From IMG/VR virus record IMGVR_UViG_3300028241_000164: DNA of 37,591 bases; one strand, 5' to 3'. Position 1 is the first letter of the stretch. Every line of letters begins with the position of its first letter. Positions 4,968 to 14,289 of this stretch are shown in pieces. The notes under the pieces are model-generated. The model worked only from the letters and a program-made list of their open reading frames with translations. It was not told the DNA's origin and did not search any database. Both the position numbers and the translations under genes were made by a program. This DNA comes from a virus.

Positions 4968-7900
4968 TTGGAAAGACCGTTCACCATAACCGTTAGTTCC
5001 ACAGGTGCCGTTACGCCTACCGTTATCCCCAAGGCAGGGGTTTCCGGTGAGCATAACGCCACCACGCTGAACTATTCCCTTGCGATTCCCGAAACGGGGA
5101 TTTATAAATACAACATCGAAATCCAAAGCGGCCTCGGTGAAGCCTATCTTTCGGAGTTTATCACTCCGTCCGACGGTGCAACCCGCGTCGTTTCGTTTTC
5201 CATTCCTTCCGCAATTACCCGTATGGGCGCTGCGGACTTTTGCCTTATCGAAACCAAGGTTGACGCACTCGGTGAAATCATTTCCATCACCAAAAGCGCG
5301 ATGACACGCTGTATCTTCACCGCTTCCCCCAATTCTCTTGATGACCTTGAAACATCTTATTCCGGCTTGCTGCAAGGACTTCTTTCCGACGTGGAAAACA
5401 TCTATGATGCCATTGAGGAAATGATTGCCAATGCCGGGCTGTACTTCAACCGCCCGAACTTCATCTTTGACACGCTTGCGGAAGCCCTTGCCTATACCGG
5501 CGACGGCTATATCATAGGCTCCACTGTTCAGACACGCGGCTACTATGTGGCCGGAGATAACGGCGGCGCTTTGTACGAAATCAAGGCCAATGACACGCCT
5601 GATGGCATCTTTTCCTACGAAATCAACAATGACCTTATGCTCTCGATTATCATTGAGAACAACGAGGTTCGCGTAGACCAACTCGGGGCCAAGAAAGACG
5701 CGGTTCATAACGAACCCACAGCCGGCGACCTTGCGACACTTTCTGATTACTTCACTTATTGCGACGCTGAACTCGCGTTGAACGCTTCTGCCTTTGACGG
5801 GAACGCAGCCATCATCGAAGCGGCCCTGCTTGAAGTCGGCAAGGTGACATTCACCCCCGGCGAAGTCTACCCGATTACCAATCTCCATACAACCTATGCG
5901 ATTGATGTGCCGTCCAACGTTACGATTGACGGCTGCGGAGCATACCTGAAACATATTTCGAAAGCGCACTATAACACGTTTTATATCAGCGTCAAAAACA
6001 ACGTTGTTATCAAGAATATCAACTTTATCGGTACAGTTTATGACTACACGTCGGCTGCCGAAAATAAAGCGATTAAAATGGTCAACTGCTCCAACATTAC
6101 GATTGACCGCGTTCGCATTATTGACTACGTAGAAGGAATCAAAACGCAGCAATCTTCGGGTTCTATTACAGACGAAACCCTATGCAATACCGGCATATCA
6201 ATTACCGATTGCCGCATTGAGCGCGTCATTCAGGGTTGGCAAGCGAACGCACTTATCAACTCGACAATTTCAAATCTCTATATTTCCTGCAAAATCAACG
6301 AACTTGTCGGGCAGAACGACGAGAGTTTAGAGGCCCCAATTTACTCCTACGGGGTTGGGAACCATTGTATCTATGCCGGTTCCCATATCCGAAACTGTCA
6401 ATTCAGCAACCTTGTGCTGCGCGACGCATATCGAGGAAGTGCGTTCAAGAGAGAATACGCTTCCACACCCTCCGATGAATCGGGAAATATCTCTATGGCA
6501 AACTTCTCGATTTATAACTGCCGTACCGCCATCTACCTTGGCAACGCGACGGACGGATGCACCATCACCAACGTCACGGCCTATAAGGTTCGGGTTGGAA
6601 TCCTTCTGTCATTTTGCAAAAATATCACGATTGACAACTGCGTATTCACGACCTACAAGGAGGATGACCTGCCGACCACGGAAATCAACGGAACCAATTA
6701 TCCAATTCCATTTGACAGAATCGGCGGACAAATCAATTACTATGCCTGTATGGCCTTGGGCGCGTCGGAGAACGTTAAGGTTTCCAACTGCCTGTTTGAT
6801 ACACACCATTGTTTGATTTACAAGATTGACCCTACACCTGAAACCCTGTACGTCTATGCGACGCACGACAAGACCTCCGATGACTATTCCTCAATATGGG
6901 CTGACGGAAATGCAAGCCAATGGACGCTTACTTCGCAGATAGCCGGAAGGCTTACCTTCACAAGGTATTGGAGGAACCTTCCCGATATGCCCGCGACGGG
7001 AACCCTGACGCACGTCAGCGGCGCTACCAATACGGGGAATATTACCTATACCGATGTTGACATCATAAGGCCGCATACGGTTGAAGATATTCAGTTCTTT
7101 AACTGCGATTTCAGGCTTGAAAAAGTCTATAACAATTCTATCACAGCCGGACTTCTCCCCTTTGCCGGAACCTATATCACGGACAAACTTTTGTTCGACG
7201 GCTGCCGGTTCTTCATCGAAGGATTCGGAGCATATCCCCTTGCCGGCGACTTCATTACTCCGAAAACCACAGGTGAAATGGCGACGGAACTCTCCGCGCT
7301 TTCTACTGCTGACAGGTACTCCTTCCTATTCTTCTTTGGAAATAACACAGCCAACAGGGAGCGGGACTACTTTACATCGTTTAAGAACTGCCGGTTCGAG
7401 AGTGCCGTTGAAATCAACAGCGTGTTCGTTGACTATGCAAGGCGGACATCACTTCATTTGAAGGTCGAAAATTGCACACTGAAAGGATTCCGCCTGATTG
7501 CGAGGCGTTCAACGCAGGCGGGTGTTCCGCGCAGCGATACCTACGATGCGCAAAAGAACCCCGCGTTCTCAACTTATCCTACTAACTTTGAGGCCCATTC
7601 GATTTATATGGATTCCCTTGACCGGTTCCTTTCGTCCGGGAATATCTATGAGGACTACTCCGGCCTTCGTCCGTATCAGTTCGCTGAAAGTTACGGAATA
7701 AGCAATCTGCCGGTCTACAATGACATCACCATCAACGCTGTTAGTTTGCGTCCGGGAGCATCCCCGCCTTCTTTCGTTGAGTTCGTGACTGGGATATATC
7801 AGATTGCTTTTGTCAATGGAAACACGGATATTGTTTATGGCAGTTTTGAAATCCCACACGGATATAAAGAGGGTACTGATTTAGAGGTTCATATTCATTG

Positions 7901-8213
7901 GTCGCCGTCGTCTACCGATACGGGCAACTGCGTTTTCAACTTTGACTACACCATTGCCAATATGGGAACGGGTGTGTTCGGCGCGGCAGCGCAGAAAACC
8001 CTAACGGCTGCCGGTTCGGGTGTTGCTTTGCAGCACCAATACGCTACGGGCAATACCGCCATTGACGGTGACGATATAAAAATCGGTGACGTTATCGTGT
8101 TCGCATTGTCACGTCCTGCCGGTGACGCATTTACAGGCGATGCATTTCTACATTCTATCGGCCTACATTATGAGTGCGACACGCTTGGAAGCCGCGCTCC
8201 GTCGCAGAAATGA
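4968..8213 (+). CDS. tailspike / tail fibre with right-handed beta-helix (pectate-lyase-like) depolymerase domain (1081 aa)
   Basis: TTG start, 8 nt after GGAGG. Repeated beta-helix rungs (NNVVIKNINFIGT, CSNITIDRVRIID, ISITDCRIERV, CQFSNLVLRD, CTITNVTAY, NITIDNCVF, VKVSNCLF). Confidence 0.75.
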   Translation: MERPFTITVSSTGAVTPTVIPKAGVSGEHNATTLNYSLAIPETGIYKYNIEIQSGLGEAYLSEFITPSDGATRVVSFSIPSAITRMGAADFCLIETKVDALGEIISITKSAMTRCIFTASPNSLDDLETSYSGLLQGLLSDVENIYDAIEEMIANAGLYFNRPNFIFDTLAEALAYTGDGYIIGSTVQTRGYYVAGDNGGALYEIKANDTPDGIFSYEINNDLMLSIIIENNEVRVDQLGAKKDAVHNEPTAGDLATLSDYFTYCDAELALNASAFDGNAAIIEAALLEVGKVTFTPGEVYPITNLHTTYAIDVPSNVTIDGCGAYLKHISKAHYNTFYISVKNNVVIKNINFIGTVYDYTSAAENKAIKMVNCSNITIDRVRIIDYVEGIKTQQSSGSITDETLCNTGISITDCRIERVIQGWQANALINSTISNLYISCKINELVGQNDESLEAPIYSYGVGNHCIYAGSHIRNCQFSNLVLRDAYRGSAFKREYASTPSDESGNISMANFSIYNCRTAIYLGNATDGCTITNVTAYKVRVGILLSFCKNITIDNCVFTTYKEDDLPTTEINGTNYPIPFDRIGGQINYYACMALGASENVKVSNCLFDTHHCLIYKIDPTPETLYVYATHDKTSDDYSSIWADGNASQWTLTSQIAGRLTFTRYWRNLPDMPATGTLTHVSGATNTGNITYTDVDIIRPHTVEDIQFFNCDFRLEKVYNNSITAGLLPFAGTYITDKLLFDGCRFFIEGFGAYPLAGDFITPKTTGEMATELSALSTADRYSFLFFFGNNTANRERDYFTSFKNCRFESAVEINSVFVDYARRTSLHLKVENCTLKGFRLIARRSTQAGVPRSDTYDAQKNPAFSTYPTNFEAHSIYMDSLDRFLSSGNIYEDYSGLRPYQFAESYGISNLPVYNDITINAVSLRPGASPPSFVEFVTGIYQIAFVNGNTDIVYGSFEIPHGYKEGTDLEVHIHWSPSSTDTGNCVFNFDYTIANMGTGVFGAAAQKTLTAAGSGVALQHQYATGNTAIDGDDIKIGDVIVFALSRPAGDAFTGDAFLHSIGLHYECDTLGSRAPSQK

Positions 8214-8222
8214 GGTGAGATA

Positions 8223-8315
8223 ATGTTTGCGTATCTATTGTTCTTTTTAAGACAGACAGTCGACCTCGTTGGCTTTATTACTGCGTACTTCAACTACATC
8301 ATCATCGGAGGCTGA
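8223..8315 (+). CDS. small hydrophobic peptide (30 aa)
   Basis: ATG 8223 follows RBS GAGGTGAG. Protein: MFAYLLFFLRQTVDLVGFITAYFNYIIIGG. It is below the ORF-track size cutoff. Confidence 0.5.
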   Translation: MFAYLLFFLRQTVDLVGFITAYFNYIIIGG

Positions 8316-8319
8316 TAAA

Positions 8320-8613
8320 ATGGAAATCATCATCGCAATCATATCATCGACAGGAATCCTATCTATCGTATTCGCGGCCGGATTCAAGAGCATCCTGAAA
8401 CATATCAACGACGATAAAAAATGCAGGGAAGTGGCACAGGGCCTTTTAATTGACCTTTTGCTTGCCAGCATTGACCTTGGAGAAGCAAACGCCCTCGCGC
8501 TGCAAAGGGGCAAAGCAAACGGAGAGTGCGATGCAGCGCTGCAAAAGGCAAGGGAAGTTCGCAAGGAACACACGAAGTTCCTGAACGGAATCGCTATCCA
8601 ACGAATCTACTAA
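8320..8613 (+). CDS. single-pass membrane protein, holin-like (97 aa)
   Basis: ATG 8320 follows RBS GGAGG. N-terminal TMD EIIIAIISSTGILSIVFAAGF followed by a charged helical tail. Confidence 0.5.
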   Translation: MEIIIAIISSTGILSIVFAAGFKSILKHINDDKKCREVAQGLLIDLLLASIDLGEANALALQRGKANGECDAALQKAREVRKEHTKFLNGIAIQRIY

Positions 8614-8626
8614 AAAGGGGTAACAA

Positions 8627-9430
8627 ATGAAGGTATCTACCGTTGAATTATCCGCAGACTTCAAGGAAATCATCATCTTGGCAATAGGCGACCTCCACGA
8701 AGGCGACAGATTATCAGACGGAACGCTCCTGAAAGACAGGCTGAACTTCATTAAGAAAACCGACAACTGTTTTGTAATGCTCCTTGGCGACCTGATTGAC
8801 AACGCACAACCCGACAGCCCCGGAAAGAACTCCGCTTGGTATGGGCGTCCGCACGAACAAATGGAATATATGGCTGAAACCCTGCTTCCGATTAAAGATA
8901 AGATTATTGGAGCGGTAGACGGGAACCACGAAGCGAGAACGGCGAAACACGGATTTGACATCACGGCCGTTATGCTTGGAAAAGTCGGAGTACCCCTGAC
9001 GAGATACAGCCCGGATGGACTCTATACATTCCTGAACTTCGGGCAGGAAACTCGTCCCGACAACAAAGGCGGAAGGAGAAAAATCCCGTATCAGATTTAT
9101 ATGAACCACGGAACAGGCGGCGGAAAGACAGCCGGAGGAAAGGTGAACCCGCTTTATGGGATGAAGGATATTGTCGCGGCAGACTTATACATCAGGGGAC
9201 ATACGCATCTTCCGGCAGGACTTCCGGGAATTGTCTTACAGCCCGATTGCAGAAACCACACCATCATCGAAAAGCCCGTATTCTATATCTCTGTTGCTTC
9301 ATCCTGCAAGTATGGCGGCTATGGTGAAACAGGTTCCTACACTCCATTGAGCAACGCCACGCCTTATGTTTACCTGTGCGGAACACGAAAGGCAATGGAC
9401 ATCGACTACGGCGTTCGCCGGACATTTTAA
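8627..9430 (+). CDS. calcineurin-like metallophosphoesterase
   Basis: Full motif set: GDLHEG, LLGDLID, DGNHE, NHGTGGG, GHTH. Confidence 0.85.
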   Translation: MKVSTVELSADFKEIIILAIGDLHEGDRLSDGTLLKDRLNFIKKTDNCFVMLLGDLIDNAQPDSPGKNSAWYGRPHEQMEYMAETLLPIKDKIIGAVDGNHEARTAKHGFDITAVMLGKVGVPLTRYSPDGLYTFLNFGQETRPDNKGGRRKIPYQIYMNHGTGGGKTAGGKVNPLYGMKDIVAADLYIRGHTHLPAGLPGIVLQPDCRNHTIIEKPVFYISVASSCKYGGYGETGSYTPLSNATPYVYLCGTRKAMDIDYGVRRTF

Positions 9431-9445
9431 GAAAGGGCAATTAAA

Positions 9446-9865
9446 ATGGGAAAAGATTTTGAGGAACACAAAGCAGTCTTTGAATCGAAGAACAGGACAT
9501 TCGGAGAAGGCACCGCAAACAGGAACCCAGAAGAAGGCAAACTTGATTACGAAGGATTCTTTAACCCGCTTGTCTTGGAAGCGTATGCGAAGTATATGCA
9601 CAAGAATCGGTACTTGGCAGACGGAACCATTCGCGACAGCGACAACTGGCAGAAACTCTTTGGCGAGAACCACGTCGCCGTATGCACGAAGTCCCTGCTG
9701 CGGCACACAATGGAGGTATGGAAGTACAACCGCGGATGTACCACAGACATCGAGGAGGCCCTCGGCGGCGTTCTGTTCAATGCGATGGCGATATGGCTGT
9801 CCATCATCAAGAAAGACCTTGACAATGATGTACTTATTGATTCGCCGATAGAGCGTGAAGGTTAA
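9446..9865 (+). CDS. MazG-related dATP/dGTP diphosphohydrolase-like protein
   Basis: The pattern G.ANRNPEEGKLDY..F.P..LEAYAKY...NW.K......KSLLRH......EEALGGVLFNAMAI resembles the dGTP_diPhyd_N/MazG-like family as I remember it. Confidence 0.5.
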   Translation: MGKDFEEHKAVFESKNRTFGEGTANRNPEEGKLDYEGFFNPLVLEAYAKYMHKNRYLADGTIRDSDNWQKLFGENHVAVCTKSLLRHTMEVWKYNRGCTTDIEEALGGVLFNAMAIWLSIIKKDLDNDVLIDSPIEREG

Positions 9866-9909
9866 GCAAGTTCTTACAAAATATTGGATAACTGAAAGGG
9901 AGTATCAAA

Positions 9910-10125
9910 ATGAACTGGAAAAAGAAACTCGCGAGCCGTAAGTTTTGGGCCATGGTCACGGGCGTCGTCCTTTGCGTATGCGTCATCTTCGGCGTGAAGG
10001 ATGTTACCACCGAGCAGATTATTGCCCTCGTCACGGCAATCGGAACCCTCGTTGCGTACATTTTCAGCGAAGCCTCCGTGGACAAGAAAAACATTGATTG
10101 CGCTTGCAAGAAAGGCACAGAATGA
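9910..10125 (+). CDS. holin (two TMDs, SRKFW-type N-terminus)
   Basis: MNWKKKLASRKFWAMVTGVVLCVCVIFG plus a second TMD IIALVTAIGTLVAYIF. Its stop overlaps the endolysin start (ATGA). Confidence 0.75.
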   Translation: MNWKKKLASRKFWAMVTGVVLCVCVIFGVKDVTTEQIIALVTAIGTLVAYIFSEASVDKKNIDCACKKGTE

Positions 10126-10793
10126 AACTACCCATTATGCACCCGGTTGTTAAGGTTCCATGCAAACTTACACAGCCGTATTCGAAAGACCATCCCGCTG
10201 TTGACTATTCTTACAGCGGTGCTTATCGCGGAAAACTGCGCGCCCCATTCCCCGGCGTTGTCGTTGTAGCCAAGGCTACCAATACCACGGCTGGAACCGT
10301 TTTGATTATCAAGGGTACGGGCCTGTATGTCGGCCTGTATTGGTTTGATTATCACATTGATACCCTGTATGTCAAGGTAGGTCAGACGGTAAAAGCAGGG
10401 CAAACGGTGGCCCTTATCGGATTCACCGGATACTGTATCCCTGCAAACAAAAATGGTTCCCATCTTCATTTCGGGATTTGTTCTAAACTTCTTGACACGA
10501 AGTTCCCGAATAAGTCTACCTGTTATAACCCGGAAGGCGAAAAGTTCAAGATTTATACCGACCTTGACGCTTACACCAAAGCAGTTGCAGCCATACAGAC
10601 CAACGAAAAGACAAGCGTCAAAATCATCGTGGATTGGTTGTATATTCGCAAAGGCCCCGGAACCGTTTACAAGCACATTGACAAGGCGCTGAAAGGCGAG
10701 GAATACTTCATCTTTGAGAAAAACGGAACGTGGGGAAGAATCGGAACGAACCGGTGGATAAGCATTAAGGGCAAATATGTAAAGTGGGTGTGA
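10122..10793 (+). CDS. endolysin: M23 (LytM) peptidase with C-terminal SH3-like wall-binding domain
   Basis: HPAVDY, a beta-rich core, GSHLHF, and the C-terminal WLYIRKGPGTVYKHI...GTWGRI. Start set to ATG 10122. Confidence 0.8.
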   Translation: MKLPIMHPVVKVPCKLTQPYSKDHPAVDYSYSGAYRGKLRAPFPGVVVVAKATNTTAGTVLIIKGTGLYVGLYWFDYHIDTLYVKVGQTVKAGQTVALIGFTGYCIPANKNGSHLHFGICSKLLDTKFPNKSTCYNPEGEKFKIYTDLDAYTKAVAAIQTNEKTSVKIIVDWLYIRKGPGTVYKHIDKALKGEEYFIFEKNGTWGRIGTNRWISIKGKYVKWV

Positions 10794-10841
10794 CCTCTGA
10801 ACATCGTCATTGATAAACCCCAACCGAAGCAGCGTGAGTTT

Positions 10842-12152
10842 ATGCTCCACAAAGAGATGTTTGTCGGATATGGTGGGGCAAAAGGCGGAGGCAAGTCACA
10901 CGCATTAAGAACCGTAATTATAATGCTTTGCGCGAAATACGAGAATCTATCGGCGGTTCTTATCCGGCGTACCTATGACGAGGTAAAGTCAAATCAAATC
11001 CAATACATCGAACAGATGTTAAAGGATGCGATGACAGGGGAGAACAGAATCAAGCACAATGCACAAGACCATATCTTCTATTTCCCGAATGGTTCCCGGT
11101 TAAAATATACCTATTGCAGTTCCACCAAAGACCTTCAACAATTCCAAGGAATGTCCTATGACATCATCGGCCTTGACGAGGCTACGCAGTTTGAGTACGA
11201 AGTCTTTACGGCCCTTGCGGCCTGTTTAAGAGGTTCCCCTGAACTCCCCAAGCGTATGTATATCACTTGCAACCCCGGCGGTATAGGACACGAATGGGTT
11301 AAGAGATTGTTCATCGACCGGGATTTTCGTGAAGGTGAAAATCCAAACGACTTCGCGTTCGTACAAGCGTTGGCGAGCGACAACGTATTCAACGGCGAAC
11401 ACTATATGCGGACGCTCGATCTCTACGACGAACCGCTGCGCTCCGCATACCGTGACGGCAAATGGGATATATTCATCGGGCAGGCGTTCCCGCAATGGGA
11501 CGAGGAAGCAATCAGCGTTGACTTTTTCCAAATACCCGACCATTGGACGCTTTCAATGTCTATTGACTACGGATTTGACTGTTTCGCTCCAATATGGTAT
11601 GCTACCGATGAACAGGGTGTCGATTATATCCTGCGTGGAGCCGAGTACAAGGATTGCGTTGTCCGTGAAGCGGCAGAACATATCTTCCGCATCGAACACG
11701 ACCTCGGAATCACCGAACGAAGAATCAGAAGGTACGCGCCCCCCGACCTGTTCAGACGCTCAACGCAGACCGGAAAGACATCGGTGGATATGTTTGCCGA
11801 AAACGGATATACCTTTATGCCGTCAGACAATAACCGGGAAGCGGGATGGTTGGCCATCAGGCAAAGGCTCTCCGACGGTCAGTTGAAAATCATAAGAGGC
11901 GCAGCGCCGGAACTGAACAAGGCGATGAAAATTATACAGTATGTTTCAGGAAATCCGAATGACTGCGAAAAAACCCCGCACGACATCACCCACAGCCCCG
12001 ACGCATTGAGATACTATTGCGTAATGCGAAACAAGAAGGCGGTAGTTCCTGCGGTAGCCGTAAAGCGGGATAAGAGATACGCAAGGGCATTGGTTGAAAA
12101 CAAACATTATGGTTCGAGATTCCGTCCGGGCAACTACTTGAAAGGTTGGTAA
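10842..12152 (+). CDS. terL: terminase large subunit (the start may lie upstream, see finding)
   Basis: Walker A GGAKGGGKS and Walker B IIGLDEAT. C-terminal nuclease-like region. Followed by the portal gene. Confidence 0.9.
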   Translation: MLHKEMFVGYGGAKGGGKSHALRTVIIMLCAKYENLSAVLIRRTYDEVKSNQIQYIEQMLKDAMTGENRIKHNAQDHIFYFPNGSRLKYTYCSSTKDLQQFQGMSYDIIGLDEATQFEYEVFTALAACLRGSPELPKRMYITCNPGGIGHEWVKRLFIDRDFREGENPNDFAFVQALASDNVFNGEHYMRTLDLYDEPLRSAYRDGKWDIFIGQAFPQWDEEAISVDFFQIPDHWTLSMSIDYGFDCFAPIWYATDEQGVDYILRGAEYKDCVVREAAEHIFRIEHDLGITERRIRRYAPPDLFRRSTQTGKTSVDMFAENGYTFMPSDNNREAGWLAIRQRLSDGQLKIIRGAAPELNKAMKIIQYVSGNPNDCEKTPHDITHSPDALRYYCVMRNKKAVVPAVAVKRDKRYARALVENKHYGSRFRPGNYLKGW

Positions 12153-12153
12153 T

Positions 12154-12327
12154 ATGGATTTTCTTCTTGCATTTATCGCGGCACTTTTGGTAATGGTTCT
12201 ATTGACCGGTTCATTTATCGGTGGATATTTTTATGGGAAACGAAACAAAAAGTCCGTTAAGACGGAGCAGCCGACCGAGGAAGATAGGTTAAGACAAAAG
12301 CACTTGCAAAATCTGTTCCGGTTTTAA
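12154..12327 (+). CDS. small single-pass membrane protein (57 aa)
   Basis: ATG 12154 lies 1 nt after the terL stop. TMD FLLAFIAALLVMVLLTGSFIGGYFY followed by a basic tail. It fills the terL-portal gap exactly. Confidence 0.5.
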   Translation: MDFLLAFIAALLVMVLLTGSFIGGYFYGKRNKKSVKTEQPTEEDRLRQKHLQNLFRF

Positions 12328-12336
12328 GGAGGATAA

Positions 12337-14205
12337 ATGGCACTCAAAACCATACCGTTCTATGACGATTACAAACACGCCCTTCCGGCCAATATCTTTG
12401 CCGAACACGAAAAGGCGAAGGCATACAAGGATAGTCTTGGCGAGAACGGATTGTTTGAACAAGCCCGAATCAACGAACTCTATATGCTTGGACAGCATTG
12501 GGAGGGAATTGATATAGGCGACGTGGCTCCGAAGCCCGTTACCAACGTTATTAAGCAGATTATTGATTACAAGATTTCCAATATCGTCAGCAACCCTATC
12601 GACGCTATGTTCTCCTTTGAAGGGGTTCCGTATAATGTAGCGGAGGAAATGCGCGGAAACCCGGAAGAGATTATGGGTGCTGTTGAGGGTGATGGCGAAC
12701 AAAAGATAAATGCCATCGCGGACGCTATTACTGCACACTTCAAGACCATTATGGAACGGTCACAGATGGACAAGATGATGCAGACGGGCGTCAGAAAAGC
12801 GGCTATCAGCGGTTCAATGATTCTATACCTTCCGTACAATCCGAAGGCCCGGACAGGATTAACCTCCCCCGATGGAAAGAAAAAGATTGTCGGCGCGATT
12901 GAACCGGAACTTTTGAATGTCGCAAACGTGGACTTCGGCAACCCGGCGCAACTCGACGTACAAAAGCAGCCTTACATCATTGTTTCGCAGATGCTTGAAA
13001 TCAGGGACATTGTACGAATCGGAGCGCTTAACGGAATACCCGAAGATGAACTTTTGAAAATCGGAAGCGACGAGAACGAAAATACAGGGAATTGGAACAC
13101 GGCCGAAAAAGATGGACAGGCCAAACAGGCTCTCCTGCTTACGAAGTTTTGGCGCGTCTATGACGAGAACGGAGATTCGTCCATCTACTGTACCCAAGTG
13201 TGCCGTGGTGTAACGGTCAATAAAGAGTTTGACACCAAACAGCAACTCTATCCCATTGCTATCTTTCAATGGGATGAACGTGAGGACTGCATCTACGGCC
13301 ACAGCGAAATCACTTCCCTGATTGCCAACCAAAACGCAATCAACAGGCTTTCCTCGGTAGAAATAATGTCGATGCTCTTGACGGGAGTACCTAAGATGGC
13401 GTATAATGATGAAGTGATTACTTGCGCCATCACCAACGAACCCGGTCAAATGATTCCAATATCCGGTATGATTGGCGATGTCCGGCAGCATATCACCTAC
13501 CTGAATCCCGCACAGACAAGCCCGAATTGGGATAATGTTCAGCAGGCCCTTATCGAGAACACCAAGATAATCTCGGGCGCGAACCAAGCGGGATTAGGCG
13601 AACTCCGGCCGGAGAATACATCGGCCATCATCGCATTAAGAGAAGCCGCGACACTTCCGCTGCAACCGATGCTCACAAGGTTCTATGCGTTTTATGAGGA
13701 TATTGCGAGGATTTGCGGCGACATCATTCTGAACAAATACGGCGTACATTCTCTCAAAATGACAAAGAACGGAAACACCTATTACGTTCCATTCAACTCC
13801 GAGGACTATAAGCACTTGATGCTTTCCGTGAGAATTGACGTTGGCGCATCTACCCTTTGGAGCGTGTCCACCGTCATATCGACACTCTCGAATCTCTTGA
13901 TGCAAGGCAATATCACAATCCTTGATTATCTTGAAAGAATCCCCGCCGGTTACATTATCAAAAAGAATGAACTTATCAAGGCCGTCCGTGAGCGTGAGGC
14001 ACAGAAAGCGGAGATGGAAAAGGCCGCGTTGGCTGCTCAAACTCCTCCCACAGCCCCTACTGATGCGCCTACCGAAACGGCTCCGACAGAGGAGATAGAT
14101 GTACCGGGAATGTTGGACGAACTGAATGACGACGAATATCAGGCGTTAAAGGAGCGCCCTGACATTCTCGAAAGCGTTATGGGTATGCCCTCCGAGGGAG
14201 GTTAA
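12337..14205 (+). CDS. portal protein
   Basis: A 622-aa ORF directly after terL with RBS AAGGAGG. Size and position fit a portal, and the C-terminal tail is acidic and Pro/Ala-rich. I recognised no specific motif by eye. Confidence 0.65.
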   Translation: MALKTIPFYDDYKHALPANIFAEHEKAKAYKDSLGENGLFEQARINELYMLGQHWEGIDIGDVAPKPVTNVIKQIIDYKISNIVSNPIDAMFSFEGVPYNVAEEMRGNPEEIMGAVEGDGEQKINAIADAITAHFKTIMERSQMDKMMQTGVRKAAISGSMILYLPYNPKARTGLTSPDGKKKIVGAIEPELLNVANVDFGNPAQLDVQKQPYIIVSQMLEIRDIVRIGALNGIPEDELLKIGSDENENTGNWNTAEKDGQAKQALLLTKFWRVYDENGDSSIYCTQVCRGVTVNKEFDTKQQLYPIAIFQWDEREDCIYGHSEITSLIANQNAINRLSSVEIMSMLLTGVPKMAYNDEVITCAITNEPGQMIPISGMIGDVRQHITYLNPAQTSPNWDNVQQALIENTKIISGANQAGLGELRPENTSAIIALREAATLPLQPMLTRFYAFYEDIARICGDIILNKYGVHSLKMTKNGNTYYVPFNSEDYKHLMLSVRIDVGASTLWSVSTVISTLSNLLMQGNITILDYLERIPAGYIIKKNELIKAVREREAQKAEMEKAALAAQTPPTAPTDAPTETAPTEEIDVPGMLDELNDDEYQALKERPDILESVMGMPSEGG

Positions 14206-14289
14206 TATATCATTCTTTGGGCATAGAATTAAAACAGCCTTATCGAAGTCGCGGGTATCGACTATAACCTACTTTTGAAAGGAGAACCA

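Noticed and set aside
4593-6152. A 519-aa minus-strand ORF, plus other long antisense ORFs: 10128..10850, 12859..13587, 14953..15729, 16978..17739, 23678..24367, 25084..25725, 25517..26185 and 28612..29331.
   Set aside because: Each lies fully antisense to a strongly supported gene (tailspike, endolysin, portal, capsid, decoration, the 1802-aa protein, Gam-like). None has an RBS. All have odd low-complexity composition rich in Arg, Asn, Val, Phe and Gly. They are the expected by-product of the codon periodicity of the sense genes.
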